A DNA stretch of 64,000 nucleotides from Bacteroidales bacterium (lineage in GTDB: Bacteria; Bacteroidota; Bacteroidia; Bacteroidales; UBA932). The notes beneath the pieces are model-generated. The model ran no database searches, had not been told where the DNA came from, and worked only from the letters and a program-made list of their open reading frames with translations. The translations under genes and the position numbers were made by a program. This document shows positions 38,594 to 48,664 of the stretch, in pieces. Location: positions 225,037 to 289,036 of the forward strand of contig JAGBAO010000013.1 in assembly GCA_017938925.1 (NCBI GenBank), in the 5' to 3' direction. Each line of letters begins with the position of its first letter. The stretch's first letter is position 1.

Positions 38594-38869
38594 ATGGCTG
38601 AATATTTGGCACCAGAGAAAAAACAGGAGCTTTTCGAGAAGTACGGAAAGTCTAATACTGACACAGGTTCTCCTGAGAGCCAGGTGGCATTATTTTCCTA
38701 CCGTATCGCTCACCTTACCGAGCACCTCAAGAACAACAAGCACGACTATGTGACTCGTCGTTCACTTCTGAGACTTGTAGGTAAGAGACGTCGTGTCCTT
38801 GACTATCTCAAGGAGATTGATATTGAGAGATACAGAGCTATCGTCAAGGAGCTTGGTCTCCGTCGATAA
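38594..38869 (+). CDS. rpsO: 30S ribosomal protein S15
   Basis: [62 protein letters not shown]. Confidence 0.98.
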   Translation: MAEYLAPEKKQELFEKYGKSNTDTGSPESQVALFSYRIAHLTEHLKNNKHDYVTRRSLLRLVGKRRRVLDYLKEIDIERYRAIVKELGLRR

Positions 38870-38893
38870 GCTACATCATAGTAGGAACCGACG

Positions 38894-38930
38894 AAGGGGG
38901 CGCAGCCGGGAGTGGCTCTCCCCCTTTTTT
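38894..38930 (+). terminator. Intrinsic terminator after rpsO
   Basis: AAGGGGG..AGCC / GGCT..CCCCCTT stem followed by a T run. Confidence 0.7.
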
Positions 38931-39076
38931 CACGCAAAGAAGTCTGATGGCGCAGACAACAACCTGCGGCGCCTGAAGAGTGATACATATATATAATAGG
39001 TCAGGTACGATGACCTTGCAGATGAAACAGAATATTAATCCACTCCCATAGGGGGAGGCAGGTTGAAGAAGAAGTA

Positions 39077-41410
39077 ATGAATATCGTAAAAAAGACAATC
39101 GAATTATCCGACGGCAGGGTAATTGAAATCGAGACCGGAAAGCTCGCAAAGCAGGCTGACGGTTCAGTTGTAGTCAAGATGGGAGGCACAATGCTCCTCG
39201 CCACAGTGACATGTGCAAAAGACGCCAAGGAGGATGTGGACTTCATGCCGCTCCAGGTGGACTACAAGGAAAAATATGCTTCCGCAGGACGTTTCCCGGG
39301 CGGATTCATGAAGAGAGAGGGAAAGGCTTCTGATTATGAAATCCTTATCGCACGTCTTGTTGACCGTGCACTCAGACCGCTCTTCCCGGAGGATTTCCAC
39401 GCAGAAGTGTTCGTAAACGTGAATCTTATCTCAGCAGAGAAGGACATCCAGCCGGATGCACTCGCAGGACTCGCTGCATCATCAGCACTCGCTGTCAGCG
39501 ACATTCCTTTCGAGGGACCTATCTCTGAGGTACGTGTGGCACGTATCGGTGGCGAGCTCAGGATCAACCCTAACTTCAGCGAGATGGCTGACGCAGACAT
39601 CGACCTGATCGTTGCTGCAACATATGACAACATCATGATGGTCGAGGGTGAGATGAACGAGGTCAGCGAGCACGACATGCTCGAGGCCATCAAGTTTGCT
39701 CACGAGGAGATCAAGAAGCACTGCAAGGTGCAGATGGAGCTCATGGAGGCTGTAGGCAAGACTCAGAAGAGGGCTTACTGCCACGAGGAGAACGACGAGG
39801 ATCTCCGCAAGGCGATCGAGGAGTTCTGCTACGACAGATGCTACGCAATCGCAAAGTCAGGCTCGGCAAAGCACGAGAGATCTGACGCATTCGAGGCACT
39901 CAAGGAGGAGTTCTATGCAACACTTCCGGAGGAGGAGCAGGAAGAGAAGAGGATGATGATCGAAAGATACTATCACGCTGTCGAGAAGGCTGCGATGAGA
40001 AACATGATCCTCGACGAGGGAGTTCGTCTTGACGGACGTGACACCACTACAGTGCGCCCTATCTGGTGCGAGACTGACTACCTCCCGTGCGCTCACGGTT
40101 CTGCAATCTTCACACGTGGTGAGACTCAGTCACTCTCGACTGTTACCCTCGGCACCAAACTCGATATGAAGGAGCGCGACGAGGTCCTCATCCAGGACAC
40201 TGACCAGTTCGTGCTTCACTATAACTTCCCTCCTTTCTCAACTGGCGAGGCTCGCCCGCAGCGTGGCGTAGGCCGTCGTGAGATCGGACACGGAAACCTT
40301 GCATACAGGGCCCTCAAGCCGATGATTCCTATGGCTCCTGAGAATCCATACGCAGTGCGCGTGGTTTCAGATATCCTTGAGTCAAACGGCTCATCATCAA
40401 TGGCTACAGTCTGCGCAGGCTGCCTCGCCCTCATGGATGCAGGTGTGAAGATCAAGAAGCCTGTTGCAGGTGTTGCAATGGGTCTTATCACTGACAAGGA
40501 CAATCCTAACGAAAGATATGCTATCCTTACCGACATCCTCGGTGACGAGGACCACCTCGGAGACATGGACTTCAAGGTGACCGGAACTAAGGACGGTATC
40601 ACAGCAACTCAGATGGACATCAAGGTGGACGGTCTCTCATACGACGTTCTCGAGAGAGCCCTCGAGCAGGCACGTCAGGGTCGTCTCCACATCATGGGCG
40701 AGATGATGAAGACCATCAGCGAGCCACGTGCAGAGTACAAGGAGTTCGTTCCACGTATGGTTCAGCTCATCGTTGACGGCGAATTCATCGGTGCCATCAT
40801 CGGAAAGGGCGGCGAGACCATCCAGAAGATCCAGCGCGAGACCGGCACTACCATCACCATCACCGAAGAGCAGATTGACGGCGTTCAGAAGGGTGTTGTG
40901 GACATCTTCGGCCTTGACAAGGAGTCTATGGACAAGGCTATCGAGTGGATCAACGGCATCACTGCAGTTCCTGAAGTCGGCACAGTTTACCACGGAAAGA
41001 TCGTTTCAATCCTCGAGTTCGGTGCATTCGTGGAGATTCTCCCGGGCAAGGAAGGCCTCCTGCACATCTCTGAGATCGACTGGAACAAGACCGAGAAGGT
41101 GGAGGACGTGCTCAACGTAGGTGACGAGGTGGACGTGAAGCTCCTCGAGATCGACGAGAAGACCGGCAAGATGAGACTTTCCCGCAAGGCCCTCATCGAG
41201 AAGCCTGAAGGATATGTAGAGCCTGAGCGCAAGCCACGTGGAGACCGTGGTCCACGTCGTGACAACGACCGCCGCGACAACCGCGGACCACGTCGTGACG
41301 GTGACAGAGGCCCACGCCGCGATGACCGTGGCCCAAGAGGACCTCGCCGCGACCGCCGCAACGACGCTCCTGAAGCTCCAGAGCAGAACAACGAGCCGGA
41401 GATGTTCTAG
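39077..41410 (+). CDS. pnp: Polyribonucleotide nucleotidyltransferase (PNPase)
   Basis: [45 protein letters not shown] and S1 domains; follows rpsO. Confidence 0.98.
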   Translation: MNIVKKTIELSDGRVIEIETGKLAKQADGSVVVKMGGTMLLATVTCAKDAKEDVDFMPLQVDYKEKYASAGRFPGGFMKREGKASDYEILIARLVDRALRPLFPEDFHAEVFVNVNLISAEKDIQPDALAGLAASSALAVSDIPFEGPISEVRVARIGGELRINPNFSEMADADIDLIVAATYDNIMMVEGEMNEVSEHDMLEAIKFAHEEIKKHCKVQMELMEAVGKTQKRAYCHEENDEDLRKAIEEFCYDRCYAIAKSGSAKHERSDAFEALKEEFYATLPEEEQEEKRMMIERYYHAVEKAAMRNMILDEGVRLDGRDTTTVRPIWCETDYLPCAHGSAIFTRGETQSLSTVTLGTKLDMKERDEVLIQDTDQFVLHYNFPPFSTGEARPQRGVGRREIGHGNLAYRALKPMIPMAPENPYAVRVVSDILESNGSSSMATVCAGCLALMDAGVKIKKPVAGVAMGLITDKDNPNERYAILTDILGDEDHLGDMDFKVTGTKDGITATQMDIKVDGLSYDVLERALEQARQGRLHIMGEMMKTISEPRAEYKEFVPRMVQLIVDGEFIGAIIGKGGETIQKIQRETGTTITITEEQIDGVQKGVVDIFGLDKESMDKAIEWINGITAVPEVGTVYHGKIVSILEFGAFVEILPGKEGLLHISEIDWNKTEKVEDVLNVGDEVDVKLLEIDEKTGKMRLSRKALIEKPEGYVEPERKPRGDRGPRRDNDRRDNRGPRRDGDRGPRRDDRGPRGPRRDRRNDAPEAPEQNNEPEMF

Positions 41411-41431
41411 AACATCCCTGACACACGATAG

Positions 41432-41464
41432 AAAGGCTGACCTTTGACGGGTCAGCCTTTTTTG
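41432..41464 (+). terminator. Intrinsic terminator after pnp
   Basis: AAAGGCTGACC / GGTCAGCCTTT stem plus T tail. Confidence 0.85.
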
Positions 41465-41685
41465 CATCCACCCAGAGATCCTGCCCAAGCCATCCGATTT
41501 TTCCATTGTCATCCGGGAATGTGCCAGATTTTCCGGATATATCAGTCAAATTTGTGCATTTCATCCGGGGGAACCGCCTTTTTCCCGGACAATCAACCAG
41601 TTCCTGAGAGGGAAATGCAACAAATGTTCAAATAAATCATTAAATTCGTAGCGGTCAACTTGAACAAATGTAAAAGCCACATGAT

Positions 41686-44600
41686 ATGAAAAGACTGGTT
41701 CTCCTGACTTGCGCAGCAATATATTCCATAGTAATGGCCGGAGCCACATCCGGGCTGCACAGAGACATCTCGTTCACCCACATTTCCATTAACGACGGCC
41801 TGTCTCAGAGCACAGTCCGTTCTGCATGCCAGGACAGCAGAGGACAGATGTGGTTTGCGACACATGACGGTCTTAACAGATTCGACGGTTATGACTTCAC
41901 CGTATATCGCCACAGGGATGATGACAGCACCTCCATCGCTGATAATATAATAAGAAAGGTATATCTTGACAGCAAAGGCGGATTGTGGGTCGGCACTGAA
42001 AAAGGATTGTCATACTATGACAGGGACAAGGATTCATTCAGAAACTTTTCCACAGGAGGAAAGATAGTGACAGGAATTGCAGAAGACAGCAACGGGAGAT
42101 TCATGGTCGCCACTGGGGGAAGTCTTAGAATCTTCAACAGCAACACGTGGAATTGGGAAATATCTGCCCCCCCCTGCCAGCCTGAAACATTCGGAGCAAC
42201 TATTCTCTACAGGGACAAAGAAGACATCTGGATCGGAACCGGAACCGACGGTCTGTTCAGCTACTCGATAGGATCAAGGGAAATAAAACGCATATCAGCG
42301 TTCAAGAGCAACAGTTCCATTCAATGCCTCCTGAATCATGATGGTAAAATATGGATCGCCACCGAAGGCGACGGCCTGCATAGCATAGACCTTGCAGATG
42401 GAAGTCTCAAAGTGTACCACCACACCGACGCCGCCCGAAGCCTGAATTCCAATTTTGTGAGGGCCTTGCAGACAGACAAAGACGGGAATCTGTGGATCGG
42501 GACATTCAATGGCCTTAGCATTCTGGATGGAGACGGATTCATAAACATAAAGAGCGATCCTTTCGTTCATGGAAGCCTGTCTCAAAGTTCCGTCAGATGC
42601 ATCTGCCGCGACAATCAGGGTGGAATGTGGCTTGGCACCTGGTTCGGAGGGATAAACTACTGGCATTCATCGCGTAACAGATTTGACCATATTCAGATGC
42701 AATATGGTGGAAACAGTCTTAACGACAATGTGGTGAGCTGCATGGCGGAAGACAAGGAGGGAACATTGTGGATCGGAACCAACAGCGGAGGAGTAAACCA
42801 CTATGATCCAGACCGTAACCGATTCACATACTACAAGTTACAGCCAAACGCAGAGACCCTCAGCCTTGAATCCAATGATATAAAGGCCATATATATAGAC
42901 GATGAGGCCGGACGCATCTATATCGGCGCCCACGCCGGAGGCCTGAGCATAATCGACAGACGAAAAAAGACACTCAGTCACTCCAAGACCAGCGGACAGC
43001 TGGATATCTATGCAATCGAACCTGACGGAAAGGAAAGGCTCATTCTCGGTACACTGGATGGTCTGAAAAGTTTCAACATGCTGTCCGGAGCAATATCTTC
43101 TCTTGACGAGGACAAGGAGGGTTATCCCATCAGGAAACTGAAGGTCAGAGCCCTGCTCAAGGATTCCCGGGGAAGACTGTGGATAGGTGGAGAAAACGGG
43201 CTGGCCACCTATAGAAATACAGACGGACAACTTGAAAGATGCGACATTCAGCATAATGCCTCTCCACTTCAGTCAGTATTCGTTCAGAGCATATATGAGA
43301 GTACGACGAAGCTGATATGGATCGCCACAAGGACAGGTCTGTGGTGCTACGATGACAAGGAAAACACCTTCAGCCATTACACAAGTGCCGATGGTCTGGC
43401 AAATGACATCATAGATGGGATTGAAGAAGACTCCTACGGCAGATTATGGTTAAGCACAGACAACGGGCTGAGCTGTTTCAATCCATTCTCCGGTACATTC
43501 AGAAACTTCTCGACTTCAGACGGTCTGCAGAACAATCAATTCAATCCTGGCTCTCACTGCAGAAGAAGGAACGGTGAAATCATGTTCGGAGGAATATATG
43601 GAATCTGCTCATTTACACCCTCGACTATTGAAGACAATCCATACACTCCTCAGCCTATAATAAGCCGACTGGAAGTGTTCAACAAGCCTGTAAGGCCGGG
43701 AGACGGCAGCGGAATTCTCAAGAAAAGCATCACTGAGGCAGATGTGATGACACTGCGGCATGACCAGAACTCGTTCACACTGGAATTCTGTGTCACAAAC
43801 TACCTTGCAGGACGTCACAACACATTTGCTTACAAGCTTGACGGATATGACAGGGAGTGGTATGAGGTCAAGGAAAAGAGAAGCGTATCGTATTCGAATC
43901 TGCCGCACGGCACATACACATTCATGGTCAAGGCCGCAAATAATGACGGGAAATGGAATGACACCCCTGCCACACTCAGGATAAGGATAAGGCCTATATG
44001 GTACAAGACCATTGCTGCAATAACAGCATTTTCAATAATACTACTTATTTTTCTCTGGACCCTCTATCTCTTCATCGTAGAAAGGAAGGAAAGGGAAAAC
44101 AGGCTGGAGCTGGAGAAGCAGGAAAAGAGTCACCAGGAGGATATCCATCAGATGAAGATGAGATTCTTCATCAACATATCCCACGAAATGCGCACGCCTC
44201 TGACACTGATCATCAATCCGCTTTCAGAGATGATAGGGAAAAGCAACGACACCTGGATGCGAAAGCAGCTCAGATATGTTGAGAGAAATGCAAAGAGGCT
44301 CCTTCATCTTGTAAACCAGCTGATGGACTACAGAAGGGCCGAGCTGGGAGTGTTCAAGCTGAAGGTGCAGAAGGAAGATGTCCATAAGATAGTGAAGGAG
44401 AACTGGTCATTCTATGAGAAACTGGCACAAAGCAAGAAGCTCCGCTACTCCCTGATTTCGGAAATGGAAGGAAAGAAGGTGCATGTGGACGGGCAGTATC
44501 TGGAGCTTATTCTTAACAATCTGCTGTCCAATGCATTCAAATACACCGACGAGGGAAGCATCACAGTCAAGGTCTATGAGAGCGAAGATAATCTGAAGAT

Positions 44601-45693
44601 TGAGGTCAGCGACACTGGGGCAGGCATTCCGGCAGGAAAGCAGGACAGGATCTTCGAGAGGTTCTACCAGATAGACAACGAGCATATCGGAAGTGGTATC
44701 GGTCTTTCGCTGATTCAGAGGCTCGTGGAGCTGCATCACGGTACTATTGATCTTATAAGCGAGGTGAACAAGGGATCCACCTTCATAGTGTCACTCCCTA
44801 TCAGAGAATCTGCGTATTCAATTGAAGAACTCAAAGGAGAGGAGGCTCCTGAGGCTCATACCACCAATCCGCAGGAAATGTATATCCTTGACACCGAGCG
44901 TGAAGTCCTGGAACTGGAAAATCCGGAAAACAAGAAACGGGGCAGACTGCTGATTGCAGAAGACAATGAGGATATCAGGGCATATATGAACGATGGCCTG
45001 GCAAAGATATTCGACATAATGCTTGCAAGAAACGGCGAGGAGGCACTGCAGATGATGAAGGATAATGAGCCTGATCTTGTGATTACAGACATGATGATGC
45101 CTGTGATGGACGGACTGAAGCTGTGTGCTCATCTGAAGCAGAACATAACCACAAGTCATATACCTGTAATCATGCTTTCAGCGAAGACCGACAGCAAGGA
45201 CGAGCTGGAAGCCCTCAGGACCGGTGCTGATGACTATATGGCAAAGCCGTTCTCAATGGCCGTGCTCATCACGAAGATACAGAACATGCTCAGAACCCAG
45301 TATCGTCTCCAGGACAAGATGACAAAATCCATGGAGATTTCTCCCGAAAAGATAAGTTTCAACGCCATGGACGAGCAGATTCTCAACAAGGCAATCAGGA
45401 TTGTCGAACAGAATCTGGACAATGCGGAATTCTCGACAGAGGAGTTTGCCAGGGAAATGAACATGAGCCGCTCCAACCTCCATCTCAAGCTTAAGGCTCT
45501 GACAGGAGAATCCGCCCTTGATTTCATCCGCAAGATACGCTTCAAGGAAGCCTGCAGACTGCTCAAGGACGGACGATACAGTGTCTCCGAAATCAGTGAC
45601 ATGGTAGGCTTCAACACTCCGTCATATTTCGCCACATGCTTCAAGAAATATATGGGATGTCTCCCTACGGAGTATATAAGAAAGAACAATTAG
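41686..45693 (+). CDS. Hybrid two-component system (HTCS), likely heparin-PUL regulator (BT4663-like)
   Basis: Beta-propeller repeats (DGLS, LWIGT), Y_Y_Y domain, TM, SHEMRTPL kinase, receiver TDMMMP, AraC HTH; position relative to the PL12-SusC/D-GH88 cluster. Confidence 0.95.
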   Translation: MKRLVLLTCAAIYSIVMAGATSGLHRDISFTHISINDGLSQSTVRSACQDSRGQMWFATHDGLNRFDGYDFTVYRHRDDDSTSIADNIIRKVYLDSKGGLWVGTEKGLSYYDRDKDSFRNFSTGGKIVTGIAEDSNGRFMVATGGSLRIFNSNTWNWEISAPPCQPETFGATILYRDKEDIWIGTGTDGLFSYSIGSREIKRISAFKSNSSIQCLLNHDGKIWIATEGDGLHSIDLADGSLKVYHHTDAARSLNSNFVRALQTDKDGNLWIGTFNGLSILDGDGFINIKSDPFVHGSLSQSSVRCICRDNQGGMWLGTWFGGINYWHSSRNRFDHIQMQYGGNSLNDNVVSCMAEDKEGTLWIGTNSGGVNHYDPDRNRFTYYKLQPNAETLSLESNDIKAIYIDDEAGRIYIGAHAGGLSIIDRRKKTLSHSKTSGQLDIYAIEPDGKERLILGTLDGLKSFNMLSGAISSLDEDKEGYPIRKLKVRALLKDSRGRLWIGGENGLATYRNTDGQLERCDIQHNASPLQSVFVQSIYESTTKLIWIATRTGLWCYDDKENTFSHYTSADGLANDIIDGIEEDSYGRLWLSTDNGLSCFNPFSGTFRNFSTSDGLQNNQFNPGSHCRRRNGEIMFGGIYGICSFTPSTIEDNPYTPQPIISRLEVFNKPVRPGDGSGILKKSITEADVMTLRHDQNSFTLEFCVTNYLAGRHNTFAYKLDGYDREWYEVKEKRSVSYSNLPHGTYTFMVKAANNDGKWNDTPATLRIRIRPIWYKTIAAITAFSIILLIFLWTLYLFIVERKERENRLELEKQEKSHQEDIHQMKMRFFINISHEMRTPLTLIINPLSEMIGKSNDTWMRKQLRYVERNAKRLLHLVNQLMDYRRAELGVFKLKVQKEDVHKIVKENWSFYEKLAQSKKLRYSLISEMEGKKVHVDGQYLELILNNLLSNAFKYTDEGSITVKVYESEDNLKIEVSDTGAGIPAGKQDRIFERFYQIDNEHIGSGIGLSLIQRLVELHHGTIDLISEVNKGSTFIVSLPIRESAYSIEELKGEEAPEAHTTNPQEMYILDTEREVLELENPENKKRGRLLIAEDNEDIRAYMNDGLAKIFDIMLARNGEEALQMMKDNEPDLVITDMMMPVMDGLKLCAHLKQNITTSHIPVIMLSAKTDSKDELEALRTGADDYMAKPFSMAVLITKIQNMLRTQYRLQDKMTKSMEISPEKISFNAMDEQILNKAIRIVEQNLDNAEFSTEEFAREMNMSRSNLHLKLKALTGESALDFIRKIRFKEACRLLKDGRYSVSEISDMVGFNTPSYFATCFKKYMGCLPTEYIRKNN

Positions 45694-45698
45694 GAACC

Positions 45699-45732
45699 AA
45701 GCCGGACTAATAAGTCAAAGTCCGGCTTTTTC
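45699..45732 (+). terminator. Terminator hairpin after HTCS, overlapping the last codons of the convergent pilin-heparinase gene
   Basis: AAGCCGGACT / AGTCCGGCTT stem, 10-nt loop, T run. Confidence 0.7.
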
Positions 45733-48655
45733 CATCTATGGTCACGACGACTTCCGATGCAGAACTTCCGAAGGCAGCGGAAACTGCCGGAGCTGAGGAG
45801 TAGTCCTCAATCGGATATATCACTGTGATGAAACGTACAGGAGTATTTGTTCCGCCTATAGCCACAGCCGTACGGTAGTATTTCCTCTCTGTCTTCATAT
45901 TAATTTCCGAAGACGTATATGAAGTACCGGTAGATGGCGTAAAGTCTTCTGCCGGCACTCTCCCCTTCTCTCCCGCAAAGCAGAATGTCTTGAACATCAT
46001 ATTGTTGCCGTCAGTGAAATTCGTATGACAGCCATAAGCATTGGCGCCATATGCATCAAAGGTGATTTCACCAGGACAAAGATGCCAGCTGATCTCTATG
46101 GATGTGTTCACAGCAGATCCCAAGGCAGAATCAAGAATCACATAATACTTTCCGTCCACCATGAACACCACCCTCTCGTGACGTGTATTGCCATATGACT
46201 GGTTCCTGACATGCACCATCAGGCAGTCCTCAGATTCACTTGAAGTCACATATTCACCTCTCATTCTGCTGTCAGCGACAGTCTCAAGACGACGGGTAAG
46301 GGTATTATGCATGGCGGTAGCACGAAAGGCCTCACGCTCGGAACCGTTGGTATATGTATAGGCACCTGCATCCGGAAGGAAATGACGGCCGTTATGATAC
46401 AGCGACACCGTACCGTTATCCGGCTGACAGTGCCACCATGTTCCCCCATCTGTCTTCACATTATAGTTGTTCTTCAGAACAAGCATCGTGGAGTTCTGAG
46501 TCCAGCCGTTGCGGAGCATATACCATCCTGTGGTCGTATATGCCGAAAGAAGTTCTTCAGGGGCTGTTCCACCGGAGAAACCGCTCGCCCAATACTGCAG
46601 GGTGGGATCATCAGGGAACATCTCCGCATATTTGACAAAGTTCCTGGTGAGGGTCGACCTGTTCCAGCTTGAGGAACGGACATCGTTGAAATCCTCAAGA
46701 GAATAATCAGGATATGCCAGATCCCTGACAAACTTCACAGCCTTCTTCAGATACCGGGTGTAATCTGACGGGAAAACTTCCAGCATGTCATTCACAGAAG
46801 CGACCTTATGCATATCATAGAATATGGACACCATCGGAATATGATAACCTGGATCCATCTCGACCAGCACTCCGTCCTCAGCGAACTGCACCTTGACCTG
46901 GGCTGCAACATCGGCAGATGCCTCGGCAAGCCAGTCCTGAGCAGCCTTGAACTCAGGCATCATGACGGCAGCTGTAAAGACAGCCTGAATCTCATACAGG
47001 CGATGGTTGCTCAACTGCACCGGGTAAGGATTAGCCCTTATGCACTCAACAGCATCCGCATATGCTGCAAGAAAATGCGTCAGGAACTCCGGGGTTAAAC
47101 CCTCGGAACCGATGTAATAGTCCAGAACATCAATCTGATCCATCACACGGGCCGAGGCCTGAAGGTCAGTCCACATGTCATATACCGGACTGGAAGAGGA
47201 CAGCTTGTAATCACCTGTAAGTGCGCCCGGGCAAGGGTGAGCTGCAAGCCATGAGGAATATACCTCGACATACGACCTCGGATACACCTCACTTTTCGTT
47301 CCCCAATAGACCTTGGCCTGAGGCAGCACCCATTGATGACGATGCTTCTGAATGTCGAACTGAGTCTCGCCAGCAAGTGTGATGCTCCAGTTTATACCGC
47401 CTGCACCATCTGAGAAGGAATAATACTGGGCATCCGCATCTGTGTCATTACCTTTTTCCGCATAATTCTTCACATAGAAACGGTAGTCGTTCTCCTTAAG
47501 AGCCTGATCTGCACGGTTTTTTTCGACGGCAGAGTATGAAGTCTGAGTCAGATCGACATTCGGATTGACCACGGCGCGCGATGTCTTCCAATATTCCTTC
47601 AATGCAACTGCGGCTTTATACAACTCCCCTGCCTCATACATCTGCTTGACAGTTTCAAGCCCTTGACATTCAAGGTCAAGAAGAGTAAAGACTCGCGAAT
47701 TGACAAGGGAATTCAGTTTTTCCTTCTCTGCCGGCAGCATATCCTCCTTGGCAGTGGACATATCCACGGCAAAGATGTTGCGCGCATTTCTGCGAAGAGG
47801 GAGAGAACATGATGGTATCTCTCTCACATATACTGCCTTGTCAGTAGTCACCGTCACCTCAAGGGAGGTCAGGGTGCATGGAGCTACTGACAGCCAGACA
47901 CGCAGGTCTCCAGAATCTGTCAACTTCAGATTACCAGACTTGACAAGAATCTCTGATGATGTTTCACCGTCAACCGCAGTCATACTATTGGCGTTCAGAT
48001 CCAACGAGAATTTTCCTGCGAGAGAGACTCCGTCTGAAGCCTTGAATGTCACTGATTCGATTATTTCAGACTCTCCTATCCTCAATGACTTCAAGGTAAT
48101 ATCGGCATGTGCGACGAGACGCGTCCAATAGAGCAACAGGTTGTCTTCCGGCACACCCTTGCATGATTCAATTGTTTTTCCCACCATAAGGTCTGCTGCA
48201 GGATCAAAGGAATCCAAAGCAGGTGTCTGGCAGGACGGAAGTTCGACTGTCACTGCAGGGAGCTTCTCAGTACCGCTTTTTACTGCTGACGAAGGATATA
48301 TGGAGTGAAAGTTCAGGGAACCCTCCAGTGAAGATGGCAGATTGAAAACATACTCAGCCTGAGCCTCGTCTGCTTCCAATGCGTCTGAAATGTACATGGA
48401 GCCATGCCAGTTCTTGTCCTCCTTCAGACATAGGGCGATTTTATCGCCAGCAGACCAGACTATAGTTTCACCATCCCAAAATGTTTTGGACTTCAGGGCA
48501 CAGGTATCGTTCCAGACAGGCATTTCTGATGAAAAGACCACCCTCGTCATCTTGGCAGACGAATCAGGAACGAGCGCATCCTCATGTCTTTGGCAAGAAA
48601 ACAAGGCGACAGCCGCAAACGCAGCTATCGCCTTAATGTGAAAAGTAGGTTTCAT
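45707..48655 (-). CDS. Fimbrillin (type V pilin-like) domain fused to a PL12 heparinase II/III-like lyase; lipoprotein
   Basis: N-terminal ~305 aa: lipobox LFSC, KSKTFWDGETIVWSAGDKI, SIYP, P..QTP...SFDP.AD, RLVA, PLRRN. Remainder: LLDL...GLE.VK, HRHQW, SNH, EMDPGYH, YP.....FND, GWYMLRNGW, HCQPDNGT, PDAG.YTY, HNTL, clearly homologous to 51019 and 61571. Confidence 0.88.
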   Translation of the reverse strand: MKPTFHIKAIAAFAAVALFSCQRHEDALVPDSSAKMTRVVFSSEMPVWNDTCALKSKTFWDGETIVWSAGDKIALCLKEDKNWHGSMYISDALEADEAQAEYVFNLPSSLEGSLNFHSIYPSSAVKSGTEKLPAVTVELPSCQTPALDSFDPAADLMVGKTIESCKGVPEDNLLLYWTRLVAHADITLKSLRIGESEIIESVTFKASDGVSLAGKFSLDLNANSMTAVDGETSSEILVKSGNLKLTDSGDLRVWLSVAPCTLTSLEVTVTTDKAVYVREIPSCSLPLRRNARNIFAVDMSTAKEDMLPAEKEKLNSLVNSRVFTLLDLECQGLETVKQMYEAGELYKAAVALKEYWKTSRAVVNPNVDLTQTSYSAVEKNRADQALKENDYRFYVKNYAEKGNDTDADAQYYSFSDGAGGINWSITLAGETQFDIQKHRHQWVLPQAKVYWGTKSEVYPRSYVEVYSSWLAAHPCPGALTGDYKLSSSSPVYDMWTDLQASARVMDQIDVLDYYIGSEGLTPEFLTHFLAAYADAVECIRANPYPVQLSNHRLYEIQAVFTAAVMMPEFKAAQDWLAEASADVAAQVKVQFAEDGVLVEMDPGYHIPMVSIFYDMHKVASVNDMLEVFPSDYTRYLKKAVKFVRDLAYPDYSLEDFNDVRSSSWNRSTLTRNFVKYAEMFPDDPTLQYWASGFSGGTAPEELLSAYTTTGWYMLRNGWTQNSTMLVLKNNYNVKTDGGTWWHCQPDNGTVSLYHNGRHFLPDAGAYTYTNGSEREAFRATAMHNTLTRRLETVADSRMRGEYVTSSESEDCLMVHVRNQSYGNTRHERVVFMVDGKYYVILDSALGSAVNTSIEISWHLCPGEITFDAYGANAYGCHTNFTDGNNMMFKTFCFAGEKGRVPAEDFTPSTGTSYTSSEINMKTERKYYRTAVAIGGTNTPVRFITVIYPIEDYSSAPAVSAAFGSSASEVVVTIDGKSRTLTY

Positions 48656-48664
48656 TCAGATATA

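Noticed and set aside
38113-39246. Track ORFs 38113-38298, 38246-38539, 38337-38573, 38793-38996, 38871-39149 and 39001-39246
   Set aside because: They overlap promoters, rpsO, the terminator or pnp and lack coding character.
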